A DNA stretch of 64,000 bases from Promethearchaeota archaeon (GCA_019058445.1 JAHPZA010000006.1:832001-896000); one strand, 5' to 3'; shown: positions 49,197 through 59,070, numbered from the stretch's first letter. Translations and numbers: made by a program. Notes: generated by a model from the letters alone, not told the origin.

Positions 49197-49613
49197 TTAT
49201 TTGTCGTTTTTCTTTTTGTACATCTTAGGATCTTTCTTCTCTAAAGTAAGAGGGTCTCCACCATATTGAACCTTTTTTCCTTGATAATAAAGTGTGGTTT
49301 TTTCTTCACATATTTTATCCCATTCTTCTAATCCAAGCTTTTGAATCATTATAGAATTATATACTTTTGAATTATGAGGGGCAAATATTTCAAAATTCAC
49401 GATTGGTTGGAGCATTTCACAGGGAAAATCTTCACATTCATAACAAAATTCATATCCTTTGCTTGTCACACATTCATATGTTTTGCATAAGGGAAGTTTA
49501 TAAATCTGCCCTTTTTGCTCCCGACATCCTTTGCAGTTATAAAATTTCACACCCGGACATCTCTTACAATAGATCCCGCAAGGTGCATGCCATTCTTTTA
49601 AATCTTCGCTCAT
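49197..49613 (-). CDS. DUF3795-like Cys-rich protein
   Basis: APCGIYCKRC, CKGCR, C..YEC...KG..FCYECEDFPC. Confidence 0.8.
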   Translation of the reverse strand: MSEDLKEWHAPCGIYCKRCPGVKFYNCKGCREQKGQIYKLPLCKTYECVTSKGYEFCYECEDFPCEMLQPIVNFEIFAPHNSKVYNSIMIQKLGLEEWDKICEEKTTLYYQGKKVQYGGDPLTLEKKDPKMYKKKNDK

Positions 49614-49727
49614 GAATAATGCACTTTTTATATTTTATTAATTATTAGCTTAGAGATTTTAAAACTATTTGTGTTTTGAAATTAAATGATTATATTCAAA
49701 TATGTTTTAATGGATTCTAAAAGCAAC

Positions 49728-50699
49728 TCATTCCATGCCAAGTAGTCTTGCTGCGTTATGATATAACCATTTTCTTTTTACATCTTCTTTTAACGGAAGA
49801 TTCATAACCCCGTCAGCCAATTGTTTAATTGACTGTCCCATAAATAGCCACGTTGATCCGAAAAGTATTTTATCTTGAAGAACTGAATTTCCGTAATGAA
49901 TTAATGGCTCCCATCCCGTTCCTTTCATTCCAATGTATTTAGGCTGATATGAAGCTATATCTATATAAATATTCGGATTACGCCAAGCAACAGCAACCAT
50001 TTCATTTATCCAAGGCCATCCACCATGTCCAGCAATCATTACTAGTTCAGGAAAGTCTTGAGCTACTAAATCTAAAAGGATTGGTCTCTCAACCTCCATT
50101 GAATATGTTGAATAATTAATAGATAAATGAAACCAAATTGGAATATCGAGTTCTACACAAGTAGAATAAATAGGATACATTTTAGCATGAGTTGGAGGTA
50201 TTTTAAACATAAATGGCCTAACAGCTATACCTCTTAGTCCTAAATCATAACTTCGTCTAATCTCTCTTATTGCATCCATTCCTTTTAAAGGATCTATACC
50301 TGCGAAACCAACAAACTTATTTGGAAATCGATTAACAATTTCAGCATAATAATCATTTGGAAGTCCTGCAATTCCGCTTGGTGTTTCTTCGTCAAGATTA
50401 AAAATTACCGCTTTTTCTACGCCCATCTTGTTAAGTTGTGAGATAAATTCTTCTACTGTCATGGTTAACTTTCTAATTTTCGGTAGAAATGGTTCAACAG
50501 CTTCTTTAAGTTCTTTTGGACTAAGAGATACTTTCATATTATAAAGCTCTTCAGCCGTGATACCTAATAATGGAGCGACTCTAGGACCAAATACGTCCTT
50601 TAAATATCTAGACATCTGAGGAGGCAATGATATCAGTAAATCAATAAACACCTCCTCAGTTGGCACATAGCAAAGACTATCGATTATTTTATAATTCAT
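49728..50699 (-). CDS. Amidohydrolase_2 family protein
   Basis: ND..AE....P.KFVGFA, C.ELDIPIWFH, AGHGGWPW, YIDIA, KILFGSTW, NAARLLG. Confidence 0.85.
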   Translation of the reverse strand: MNYKIIDSLCYVPTEEVFIDLLISLPPQMSRYLKDVFGPRVAPLLGITAEELYNMKVSLSPKELKEAVEPFLPKIRKLTMTVEEFISQLNKMGVEKAVIFNLDEETPSGIAGLPNDYYAEIVNRFPNKFVGFAGIDPLKGMDAIREIRRSYDLGLRGIAVRPFMFKIPPTHAKMYPIYSTCVELDIPIWFHLSINYSTYSMEVERPILLDLVAQDFPELVMIAGHGGWPWINEMVAVAWRNPNIYIDIASYQPKYIGMKGTGWEPLIHYGNSVLQDKILFGSTWLFMGQSIKQLADGVMNLPLKEDVKRKWLYHNAARLLGME

Positions 50700-50941
50700 T
50701 TTTATCTATCCTGATTATTTTTAAATTTTTAGTGTTTTACAAAGATATGTTAGATTATAAAACAAACATTTTTAATTAAAATTTTGATCTAACATCTCGC
50801 TCTAAAATCGCCTTAAAAATGAGTTATGAATAATTAAAAATCAGAAAACTCTTAATGTATTCTCTTTTAAATCCAATACCAAACTATTTCTTTTGATTAT
50901 TTATTATCCTACTATACCAAAACCACAAATTAAGGTGAAGA

Positions 50942-51217
50942 ATGGTCGGCAGAACTGTGCCAAGCTTTAGGCCTGCTTTAGAACATGAAATAGAAAGCTG
51001 GAAAGATTTTAAAAGGGCACTTCGTCTTCAAGAGCAAGAAATTTTTAATAAGTTAATGAATTTTGCGCGAATTCATGCTGACGCGGGGAGTTTAAGTGCG
51101 AGACCCATGCTTTCTGAAATTCTTTTCATGTCTTTTGCAATTGAGCAGGAGAAGAAAATTGAAATATTAGAGAGTAAGGTTAAAGAACTAGAAGTAAAAA
51201 TAAAGGGAAAAGAATAG
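50942..51217 (+). CDS. PolB2-associated small helical protein (arCOG07300-like)
   Basis: GRTVPSFR...E...W..FKRALR..E...F..L; directly upstream of polB2. Confidence 0.8.
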   Translation: MVGRTVPSFRPALEHEIESWKDFKRALRLQEQEIFNKLMNFARIHADAGSLSARPMLSEILFMSFAIEQEKKIEILESKVKELEVKIKGKE

Positions 51218-51219
51218 AA

Positions 51220-53622
51220 TTGGAACGTTTCGAGCAATTTGATGGTTGGCTTTTAGATGTCTCAACATGTAGTGATGGAGTAGTCCTTTGGGTAAAAAAA
51301 GGGAAAATCATCTTGGAGATATTTCAAGAATTCTATCCCGAATTTTTTGCTGTTCCAAAGAAGAATATTGGCAGTGATTTTAAAAGGTTAAAAGGTATTA
51401 TCGAGGCGCATCCTAACGTAAAAAACGTACGGGTGTGTGAGAAATATGTGAAGCTGGAGGATCATAAAAAAACGAAAATCTTTGGCGTGTCTGTATCCAA
51501 ACCATCGGAATTTAAAAGAACAATTAAAGAGATTGACGAAATCGGGCAGTTTACTCTGTATAATACTGATCTCCCAATCTCACAGATGTATTTTTATGTA
51601 AAGGATTTATTCCCTATGTCTTTTTGTAGCTTCAAGGTTAAAACTGAAAAAGATAAAGACCAAAAAAGCAGTATGTTACGTTTGATCTCCTTAGAGCTCA
51701 AGGATGATAACGAAGAGTTGTTTTATGAATTACCACCTCTCAAGGCAGTGTGGCTCGACATTAAAGTTCAGCAACATGGGCTAAGATCTTATTATAATGA
51801 ACCACTTGCCTATGCTGAAATCAGTGTTGTTGAAAAAGATAGGCAGAACAATATTCCTCGAGCCGATGGGTTAAGAAGAAGGAGAATCCTCGTTGATGAT
51901 GCTGACGAAGCAGAGACGTTAAAGGGAATCGCTCGATTAATTGAAAACCTCGATCCTGACATTATACTTACACAAGGTGGCGATGAGTTCGTTTTCCCTT
52001 ATCTGGCAGCTCGAGCGTCAGTAAATCATGTATCGAAGGAATTGTATTTTTCTCGAACCAAAACGCCACTAAAGAACTGTGTTTTTGAGCTTTCAGGAGG
52101 ATCTGATCATTATATGTCCTACGGTATAATTAGGCGTCGCTCAAAGACACAGGTATATTTTACCGGACGGTTTCATTTAGATACAACTACCTATGGAAGC
52201 TTGCATTTTAGCGAGGGAAACATTCCCGGAGTAATAGAGGTAGCTCGCATCTCCCGAGTCCCGCTACAGAGGTTATGTAGAATCACAATTGGTGGCGCAC
52301 TTCAATCAATACAATTCTATAACGCTTATAAACTTGACCATCTCATTCCGCCTTTTAAGAAAAGTCCTGAAGGATTTCGGAATGGTATGGATTTAATTAG
52401 AGGTGATCGCGGAGGGCATATATTTGAACCATTAATTGGAGTGTTCGATCAAGTAGTCGAATTAGATTTCTCTTCAATGTATCCCTCTTTAATGGCAAAC
52501 TACAATATTTCTTCAGAAACTCTCAACTGTAAATGTTGTGAAGATGACGGCACAGGAATAAAAGTACCTGGATTAAATTTTCACATATGCTCAAAAAGAG
52601 AAGGGATCATTTCAAAGTCGATTAGCTTGCCATTAACAAAACGATTGCATTGCAAGGAATATGTGAGAAAAACAGGGGATCTTAGATATAAATTCACAGA
52701 TATAGCATTAAAATGGGTGCTTGTGGTAAGTTTTGGGTATCTGGGATTTAAAAACGCTCGATTCGGAAAAATTGAGGCCCATCAAACTGTTTGTGCATTT
52801 GCTCGCGAATTTCTTATGCGCACAGCTGAGATAGCAGAATCCTTTGGATGTCGAATTATTCATGGAATTGTGGATTCGATTTATATTCAAGATACTTTAG
52901 GGAGATCTCCCGAAGAATTCGAAAGCATCACAAAAAAAATTGCCGATAGAATTACAGAGGAGACAAATATTCCTATGAGTTGGGATGGGAGATTTAATAT
53001 CATTGTCTTTCTTCCTTCTCAAGCGGAACCTGATGTTCCGGCTCTCAGCCATTACTGGGGCATTAAAGCTGATGGTGAAATAAAAGTAAGAGGAATTGAG
53101 GTACGACGAAGAGATATACCGAAAATAATCAAAGAAGCTCAATATGCATTTATAGATGTCTTTAAAGGTGCAACCTCTGTAAAAGAATTCATGAAAAAAG
53201 TACCCGAAGCTAGGAAAATCCTTTTCAAATATGCTGATAAAATTGAAAGTGGCGCAGTTTCGAAAGAAGAACTCACTATTCGTCAACGAATCTCTCGAAC
53301 TCCTTCGAAATACAAGGTAAACTCTTATCAAGCAGTGGCGGCAAAACAATTAGAACAGTCGGGAGTTATGGCAACTCCTGGAAAAAACGTGAGATATGTC
53401 ATTTTGAATGCGGAGGCAGATCCCGATTTCCCGGAAAAAAAGGTAATCCTTTCAGATTGGTATGACAAGAAAAAACATCAATATGACAAAAAAAAGTATA
53501 TTGAATTATTACAAAGAGCGTTTGAAAACATATTTCCGTTTGAATTTCCTAAACTTGAAGAGCTATTGAAGTCTCGTGCTAACCGAAGGTCAAGTCAAAA
53601 AAACCTCTCATGCTATACTTAA
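51220..53622 (+). CDS. polB2: Family B DNA polymerase, PolB2 group
   Basis: LDFSSMYPS, KWVLVVSFGYLG, HGIVDS in place of YGDTDS, KVRGIEVRRRD; degenerate exonuclease; C-terminal QKNLSCY PIP-like motif. Confidence 0.9.
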   Translation: MERFEQFDGWLLDVSTCSDGVVLWVKKGKIILEIFQEFYPEFFAVPKKNIGSDFKRLKGIIEAHPNVKNVRVCEKYVKLEDHKKTKIFGVSVSKPSEFKRTIKEIDEIGQFTLYNTDLPISQMYFYVKDLFPMSFCSFKVKTEKDKDQKSSMLRLISLELKDDNEELFYELPPLKAVWLDIKVQQHGLRSYYNEPLAYAEISVVEKDRQNNIPRADGLRRRRILVDDADEAETLKGIARLIENLDPDIILTQGGDEFVFPYLAARASVNHVSKELYFSRTKTPLKNCVFELSGGSDHYMSYGIIRRRSKTQVYFTGRFHLDTTTYGSLHFSEGNIPGVIEVARISRVPLQRLCRITIGGALQSIQFYNAYKLDHLIPPFKKSPEGFRNGMDLIRGDRGGHIFEPLIGVFDQVVELDFSSMYPSLMANYNISSETLNCKCCEDDGTGIKVPGLNFHICSKREGIISKSISLPLTKRLHCKEYVRKTGDLRYKFTDIALKWVLVVSFGYLGFKNARFGKIEAHQTVCAFAREFLMRTAEIAESFGCRIIHGIVDSIYIQDTLGRSPEEFESITKKIADRITEETNIPMSWDGRFNIIVFLPSQAEPDVPALSHYWGIKADGEIKVRGIEVRRRDIPKIIKEAQYAFIDVFKGATSVKEFMKKVPEARKILFKYADKIESGAVSKEELTIRQRISRTPSKYKVNSYQAVAAKQLEQSGVMATPGKNVRYVILNAEADPDFPEKKVILSDWYDKKKHQYDKKKYIELLQRAFENIFPFEFPKLEELLKSRANRRSSQKNLSCYT

Positions 53623-53743
53623 AATGTGTTCTGAATGGATTTTAGTCATAATTGAAAGCTTTTCTCGAGAAATTGTAAAAATAATGTTTTAGAAATCTTT
53701 TACTCTCTTTGGATTTATAGTTGAATACAATAATTTTAAGATC

Positions 53744-53926
53744 ATGTCAAAAACAGTTTCGTCTTATTTTGATTGGGAATTAAATTTTCGGAGAAAATCT
53801 CAATTAAGTCATATTTCTGAAATTGAAACAAAGAGAATAAGAGATAAAGAAGATGTTAATTCTCTTGGAATTTCTGATAATAATTATAAAGATTTTATGA
53901 AAAAGTGGAAAGAAAAAAACCTCTGA
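53744..53926 (+). CDS. Microprotein A1 (60 aa)
   Basis: SYFDW.L.FR...VNSLGISD.N.KDFM.KWK shared with 54134-54313. Confidence 0.7.
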   Translation: MSKTVSSYFDWELNFRRKSQLSHISEIETKRIRDKEDVNSLGISDNNYKDFMKKWKEKNL

Positions 53927-54133
53927 CCTCATAATTTCATTTTGGTCTATTTGTATCCAAAAAATTGTTTTTTAATTACTTAAAATGATGTTTTCAAATA
54001 GAAAGAAAATTTAACATTTCCGTAAAATATCCGTTCTAAAAGCACGTATATTGATGTTGAAAACATAGTCGTTTATATACGGAGTTTATTAGTTTATCAA
54101 ATTTGTAAAATATATTTATACGATTATAAATCA

Positions 54134-54313
54134 ATGTCAAAACCAGAATCTTATTTTGATTGGCAATTAGCTTTTAGAAAAAATTCAGATCGATCGAAAA
54201 AAGAGAATATGAATAAGATATATGGATCTTCTAAATTAAAAGTTAATTCCCTTGGTATTTCAGACAAAAATTTTAAAGATTTTATGAGAAAATGGAAATT
54301 AAAAAACCTATAA
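54134..54313 (+). CDS. Microprotein A2 (59 aa, not in ORF track)
   Basis: MSKPESYFDWQLAFRKNSDRSKKENMNKIYGSSKLKVNSLGISDKNFKDFMRKWKLKNL; paralogue of A1. Confidence 0.7.
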   Translation: MSKPESYFDWQLAFRKNSDRSKKENMNKIYGSSKLKVNSLGISDKNFKDFMRKWKLKNL

Positions 54314-54367
54314 TCCCTTTCTATAAGATATTTGATAGAGTAAATTACATATTGAGGTGTAAAAAAC

Positions 54368-54553
54368 TTGGATATAGCAATTCGCTTACATAAAAGTGAT
54401 CTCGATTATCAAATAATATCGCTCTCGAAGCAAAAAGAAGATTATGATAAATTACTTTATTATTGTGGAGAAAATAATAAGGAAATTATTGAATTAAAGC
54501 AAGATGTTGACGAGAAGTTATCAAGAGTGATAAACTTATACTCTTTGCTTTAA
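54368..54553 (+). CDS. Small helical hypothetical protein
   Basis: GAGGTG SD before TTG start; 61 aa. Confidence 0.55.
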   Translation: MDIAIRLHKSDLDYQIISLSKQKEDYDKLLYYCGENNKEIIELKQDVDEKLSRVINLYSLL

Positions 54554-54561
54554 TGGATTTA

Positions 54562-55749
54562 CTAAACATACTCGATGGTAGCAGGGGGTTTTGGAGTTAC
54601 ATCAAAATATATATTTTTCGTTTCAGCAAATCCTATGATTTTTTGTTTTAGATCAATTAACACTTCAATTGGCAGATTTGTAACTGTTGCCGTCCTTGCG
54701 TCTCTACTATTGATAGATCGAATAACAACATCATATTTTCCCCCGGAGTTACTTCCTAGTTCATAGAAAACTCTTGCATATCCTGTAATGTGTGAAGCTT
54801 TATTTACTAATAAATTATAATTCCAATCTCCTTTTTCGCATAGTGGGAGTTGATAAGTTCTCTTCCCTTCTAACAATCCAGTAACTTTTGTATTTAGGAT
54901 ATCTGTACCAATTGCAGCAAAAACTTGAAAAGGTTCTTGCTCTCCATTTTCATTAATAATCATAGCTTTCCCATATCTCTTTTTATAGAAATCTTCCACT
55001 GTGGACTCAACGAGGTCATGTACTTTTTTTTCGAATATAAGGTTTTCCTGTGAAACAGGTCCCACGATTCTAGCAGCCAGTGCAGGACCTGGAAATGCTT
55101 TTCTATAAATCAACTCTTGAGGTTGTTCAAGGTATTCAAGCACTTTCCTGACTTCATGCTTAGTCAAACTAGCCACTGGTTGGATAGTTGCCTCTACTTC
55201 GTATTCTATTTCGACATTGTGCTGACTTTTCACAAATCCTTCAATATTTTTTTGCATTAACTCGTTTTCTTCTTTAAGTGACATAGTTTCTTTAAGATCT
55301 ATTATCTTGACACCGAAACTCTCTTCAATATCTGGCAAAATAGTTCCATCTGCTAGGAGATCACAATTCTCTTCCTTGATTACCTTAGAAATTGTTTCTG
55401 AATATGCTGCCTTGAAAAGTTTTCTTTTGCCTTCAGCATCTCCCTCTTCATATATTTTAGGCAAAAATTTGTCACGAATGTCTAATATAATGACATCTGG
55501 AAAAAGTTTTTTAATGTATTCTCGCTCCTCAACTCCTCGAATTATTCTCATAAGACCGTGATCGATGAAAATTGGAATAGTGTTAATTTTTGCTTGTTTT
55601 AGTAATAAGTAAACTGTAGAACTATCAATACCCCCCGAGAGCGCACAAAAAACTTTTTTATATCTTGCGTGTTTATTTAAAAACTGAATAGCTGCTTCAA
55701 CAAACTTTCTAGGTTCTCGCGGAGGATTAATTAATCGATGATTCAACAT
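54562..55749 (-). CDS. guaAB: GMP synthase subunit B (ATP pyrophosphatase)
   Basis: ALSGGIDSS, FIDHGLMR, GTILPDIEES, KSQHNV, FPGPALAAR, DVTPKPPATIEY. Confidence 0.9.
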   Translation of the reverse strand: MLNHRLINPPREPRKFVEAAIQFLNKHARYKKVFCALSGGIDSSTVYLLLKQAKINTIPIFIDHGLMRIIRGVEEREYIKKLFPDVIILDIRDKFLPKIYEEGDAEGKRKLFKAAYSETISKVIKEENCDLLADGTILPDIEESFGVKIIDLKETMSLKEENELMQKNIEGFVKSQHNVEIEYEVEATIQPVASLTKHEVRKVLEYLEQPQELIYRKAFPGPALAARIVGPVSQENLIFEKKVHDLVESTVEDFYKKRYGKAMIINENGEQEPFQVFAAIGTDILNTKVTGLLEGKRTYQLPLCEKGDWNYNLLVNKASHITGYARVFYELGSNSGGKYDVVIRSINSRDARTATVTNLPIEVLIDLKQKIIGFAETKNIYFDVTPKPPATIEYV

Positions 55750-55919
55750 AAAATAAATTAAGATTTAAATTAAAAAAAGGCATTTTATTAATGCATTATG
55801 ATTCAACGAAATAAAAAACACTACAGCTTATTTTCATATTCAATAACAATTAGTTTTATATAAGCAATATTTAATTTTTATTATAGCAAATAATATATTT
55901 ATTCGAGTAAGAATTTTAA

Positions 55920-56717
55920 ATGATCGAGATCATATTAACTTTCTTCTTTAGATTACTTATAATTATTTTTTTAGGAACGATCTTAGTCGTAGGCACTTTT
56001 CTGATAATTCGGGCTTATCAAATTGAGGCCAGAAATATTTACATAGTAGGAGTAGCATGGATTATCTACTTTTGCGGCCAACTTTTAAATCAGTTATTAC
56101 ATCTTCATGTCGTGATTTACGTTTTATTTTTAAGGGTTAGTTATATTCTTTTAGTAATTTTTACTAATTTAACTTTTTATAGGGGTCGAAGATCTATTCT
56201 TCCAAAATTAATCTTAATATTTGCAATTATCTCTGGCATTGTTGGATGGTATTTTAGTTCTATTAGGGATATTTCTCAAACAACTTATATATTAAGTCGA
56301 GCAATTGATTTCATTCATGCTTCGATTTGTTTTAATTGGTTAGGTTTTTCATGCTTTTCTGCTTATAAAAACTTTAAAAATATTGACATTGCCCCATGGA
56401 TAAAAGTTAGATATAAATTAACTTATTTATCTTCGCCTATTATCCCTCTTACATACTTAATTTTAATGTTTCATCCATATGATCTTCCATTTGGAGATAT
56501 TAGTACAACGCAAAGTCTTATCGTTTATGGATTAATCTCTATATTAGTTTTGATATATGGTCTAGTTTTTTCTCTAGCTTGGATCATGCCAAATCGGCTC
56601 AAGAAATATTTAAACCGAAATTATCATCCCGTAGAGGAAAAAGAGTATTCAGAAGAAGAATTAATGCATCTAATTAAGGAACAAATTTCTAAGGAGAATC
56701 ATTTTGGAAGTAATTAA
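55920..56717 (+). CDS. Stand-alone 7TM membrane protein
   Basis: Seven hydrophobic segments, PWIKVRY, AWIMP..LK..LNRNY, acidic tail. Confidence 0.75.
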   Translation: MIEIILTFFFRLLIIIFLGTILVVGTFLIIRAYQIEARNIYIVGVAWIIYFCGQLLNQLLHLHVVIYVLFLRVSYILLVIFTNLTFYRGRRSILPKLILIFAIISGIVGWYFSSIRDISQTTYILSRAIDFIHASICFNWLGFSCFSAYKNFKNIDIAPWIKVRYKLTYLSSPIIPLTYLILMFHPYDLPFGDISTTQSLIVYGLISILVLIYGLVFSLAWIMPNRLKKYLNRNYHPVEEKEYSEEELMHLIKEQISKENHFGSN

Positions 56718-56979
56718 ATTCTTAGGAGATAAACTAGCAACTAAAATCAATATAAGTCCACCCGCAGCAAGGGGATTGTTTAAATTAGCAATCAAAGATG
56801 AATTAGGACCGTTTAAACTGATCAGTGAAATCAATTTCAACGATTTCATATCTGTTATAAAAAACTCTCTAAAATTAAGATTAATTAAGCTAAATATCCA
56901 TAATAATGAAATTTTAATTGAATATATAGTATATTATTTGACAAAAAATCAATCTTTAATATCTATGGCTAGAGTTTAG
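56704..56979 (+). CDS. Small protein translationally coupled to 7TM gene
   Basis: Overlaps upstream gene end, AAGGAG SD; PPAARGLFKLAIKDELG. Confidence 0.65.
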   Translation: MEVIKFLGDKLATKINISPPAARGLFKLAIKDELGPFKLISEINFNDFISVIKNSLKLRLIKLNIHNNEILIEYIVYYLTKNQSLISMARV

Positions 56980-57067
56980 CTAAATAGTCTTTTCCTTTAA
57001 ATAATTCTAATATTAAGTAAGTTAAGAAAAAGTTTATATAGAGAAAAATTTATAATAATTTATAATA

Positions 57068-57142
57068 ATGACCCGATTTACTACTACATCAAATACATTG
57101 TTACGCGTTTTAGGCGTTGTAGTATTAGTAGTAGTATTATAA
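57068..57142 (+). CDS. Putative 24-aa leader peptide (Thr/Val/Leu-rich)
   Basis: MTRFTTTSNTLLRVLGVVVLVVVL*; ATG ~28 nt after AAGAAAAAGTTTATATA BRE/TATA. Confidence 0.45.
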   Translation: MTRFTTTSNTLLRVLGVVVLVVVL

Positions 57143-57144
57143 AG

Positions 57145-57199
57145 CAAGCAAGCGAATCTGACCTTTTTCTTATAATCTTTCCACGGATTTGTTTGCTTG
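57145..57199 (+). promoter_or_regulatory. 16-bp RNA hairpin with pyrimidine-rich loop
   Basis: CAAGCAAGCGAATCTG pairs with CGGATTTGTTTGCTTG using three G-U wobbles, favouring + strand RNA. Confidence 0.55.
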
Positions 57200-57294
57200 G
57201 AATGTGAATTATATTTGAAAAAGGTTATATTCGGTTAATTTTCTGCTTAGAGGTCTAAAAATGATGAAAAAACTAAACAGAAAAGAGGTGTAAT

Positions 57295-57432
57295 ATGACC
57301 AGCATTCATGAAGAAGATATAAATATGCCGGAAATCATTGAAGAATCATTTGATTACAGCGAGATTTTTGATTCTACTAAATTCCCAATATCTGCTGAAT
57401 GTTATCTTAGTGATAAAGATTTAGCATGGTAA
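57295..57432 (+). CDS. Acidic microprotein B1 (45 aa, not in ORF track)
   Basis: GAGGTG SD; MTSIHEEDINMPEIIEESFDYSEIFDSTKFPISAECYLSDKDLAW. Confidence 0.6.
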   Translation: MTSIHEEDINMPEIIEESFDYSEIFDSTKFPISAECYLSDKDLAW

Positions 57433-57680
57433 AGAATTGGATCTTCTTACCATTATCGTTTAATTAATAAAGAAATATTATAAGTTGGCTTCTATATAGA
57501 TATATATAGAGATTTTCAATTCTTTTCCTAAATTTATTAAAAAATTAGATTAATCTTTATTTTCGATTAATTAAATCAAAAGATTTAAATATATAGTTTA
57601 ACATATAAAAGATAATAGCATTTTAAACGATTAATGAGATTATTATTAATTAAAAAGAATTTGTTATAGGTAAAGATTGT

Positions 57681-57851
57681 ATGGAACTCTCGGCAGACTT
57701 TTACGAAGAAGAAAAAAAACAACCTGAAGATAAACCATTTCACGAATTCTCTTACGCTAATATATTTGATATGTCGAATGTTAAACCAGGTGAAATTGAA
57801 ATTGAAGACGAGATTCGATTGGGCTATTTATGGGCGCGTTATGGAAGATAA
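57681..57851 (+). CDS. Acidic microprotein B2 (56 aa, not in ORF track)
   Basis: MELSADFYEEEKKQPEDKPFHEFSYANIFDMSNVKPGEIEIEDEIRLGYLWARYGR; shares F.Y..IFD with B1. Confidence 0.55.
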   Translation: MELSADFYEEEKKQPEDKPFHEFSYANIFDMSNVKPGEIEIEDEIRLGYLWARYGR

Positions 57852-57882
57852 GAATCTAAAGAATCTTAAAACCTTTATATTA

Positions 57883-59070
57883 TTATTTAATAACACTTTC
57901 TATTCTATTTAATGCTTCTTGTATTCTCTCAATTGATTGGGTTAATGCAAATCGTACAAAACCCTCACCATGCTCACCAAAACCTATTCCAGGTGTTAAG
58001 ACGACTCCTACATTTATTAATTTTTTAACAAATTCCATACTATTTTCTTCACCTTTCGGAATTTGGGTCCAAATATAAAATGTTGCCTGAGGTTTTTCAG
58101 TTCTCCATCCAATATCATTTAATCCTCTGACCAAAATATTTCTGCGTTCTTCATAAATTTTCATTGTTTTTGCAACAATATCAGGTTTTTTTTCTGAGGA
58201 ATATTCATTTAAACCCTTCGCCACGGCTTTTTGGATAAATACAGGACATCCTGAGTCTATTTGTGATTTTATTTTTCTTAATCCCTCAATGATTTCTGAG
58301 TTACCTACAGCCCATCCACATCTAAATCCAGTCATATTAAACATTTTTGATGAGCTATTAATTTCTATGTGATCTCTATTAACCTGGAGTAATGATGGGG
58401 CTATATAATCGTTGAATGTAAATTCTGAATATGGATTGTCATAAACTATGAAAAAATTATAATCATCCGCGTAATCAACTACTTTTTTTAAATATTCAAT
58501 AGGAGCTGTTGCCCCGGTAGGATTGTTAGGGTAATTTAAATACATCATTTTGGCTTTTTTCAAAATTTTGGTGCTAATTGCTTCTAAATCTGGAAGAAAA
58601 TTATTTTCTTTTTTTAATGGCATTATATGAGGATTGCCATCACACAATTTTGTTGCTCCATTTGCATATACAGGATAACCAGGATTTGGACAAAGAACAA
58701 TATCCCCTGGATTTATAAAAGCTCTAGCAATATTTGCAACCCCCTCTTTTCCTCCAAGAACATTCGTAACCTCATTCGCCAAATTCAAATCTAATCCAAA
58801 CCTTACTTTATACCATCTAGCTACAGCTTCCCTAAAGAATTCTTCTCCCATACTAGTTGGATAATTTTGATTTTCCGGAACTTTGACTTGTTCAACAAGC
58901 TCATTTAGGATTAAATCTGGAGTTTTTAAATCAGGGTCTCCAATCCCTAAGGTTATTAAATCCACACCTTGCTTTTTTTTTTCTACCTTTAATTGTTCTA
59001 TTTCAGCAAAAATGTACGGTGGCAACCTACCTACTCTTTCGGCAAATTTTATTTTAATACTTAACACCAT
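57883..59070 (-). CDS. dapL: LL-diaminopimelate aminotransferase-like class I PLP enzyme
   Basis: LPPYIFA, LGIGDPD, GGKEG, NYPNNPTGA, DNPYSE, SSSKMFNMTGFRCG, PGIGFG..GEGFVR. Confidence 0.85.
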   Translation of the reverse strand: MVLSIKIKFAERVGRLPPYIFAEIEQLKVEKKKQGVDLITLGIGDPDLKTPDLILNELVEQVKVPENQNYPTSMGEEFFREAVARWYKVRFGLDLNLANEVTNVLGGKEGVANIARAFINPGDIVLCPNPGYPVYANGATKLCDGNPHIMPLKKENNFLPDLEAISTKILKKAKMMYLNYPNNPTGATAPIEYLKKVVDYADDYNFFIVYDNPYSEFTFNDYIAPSLLQVNRDHIEINSSSKMFNMTGFRCGWAVGNSEIIEGLRKIKSQIDSGCPVFIQKAVAKGLNEYSSEKKPDIVAKTMKIYEERRNILVRGLNDIGWRTEKPQATFYIWTQIPKGEENSMEFVKKLINVGVVLTPGIGFGEHGEGFVRFALTQSIERIQEALNRIESVIK

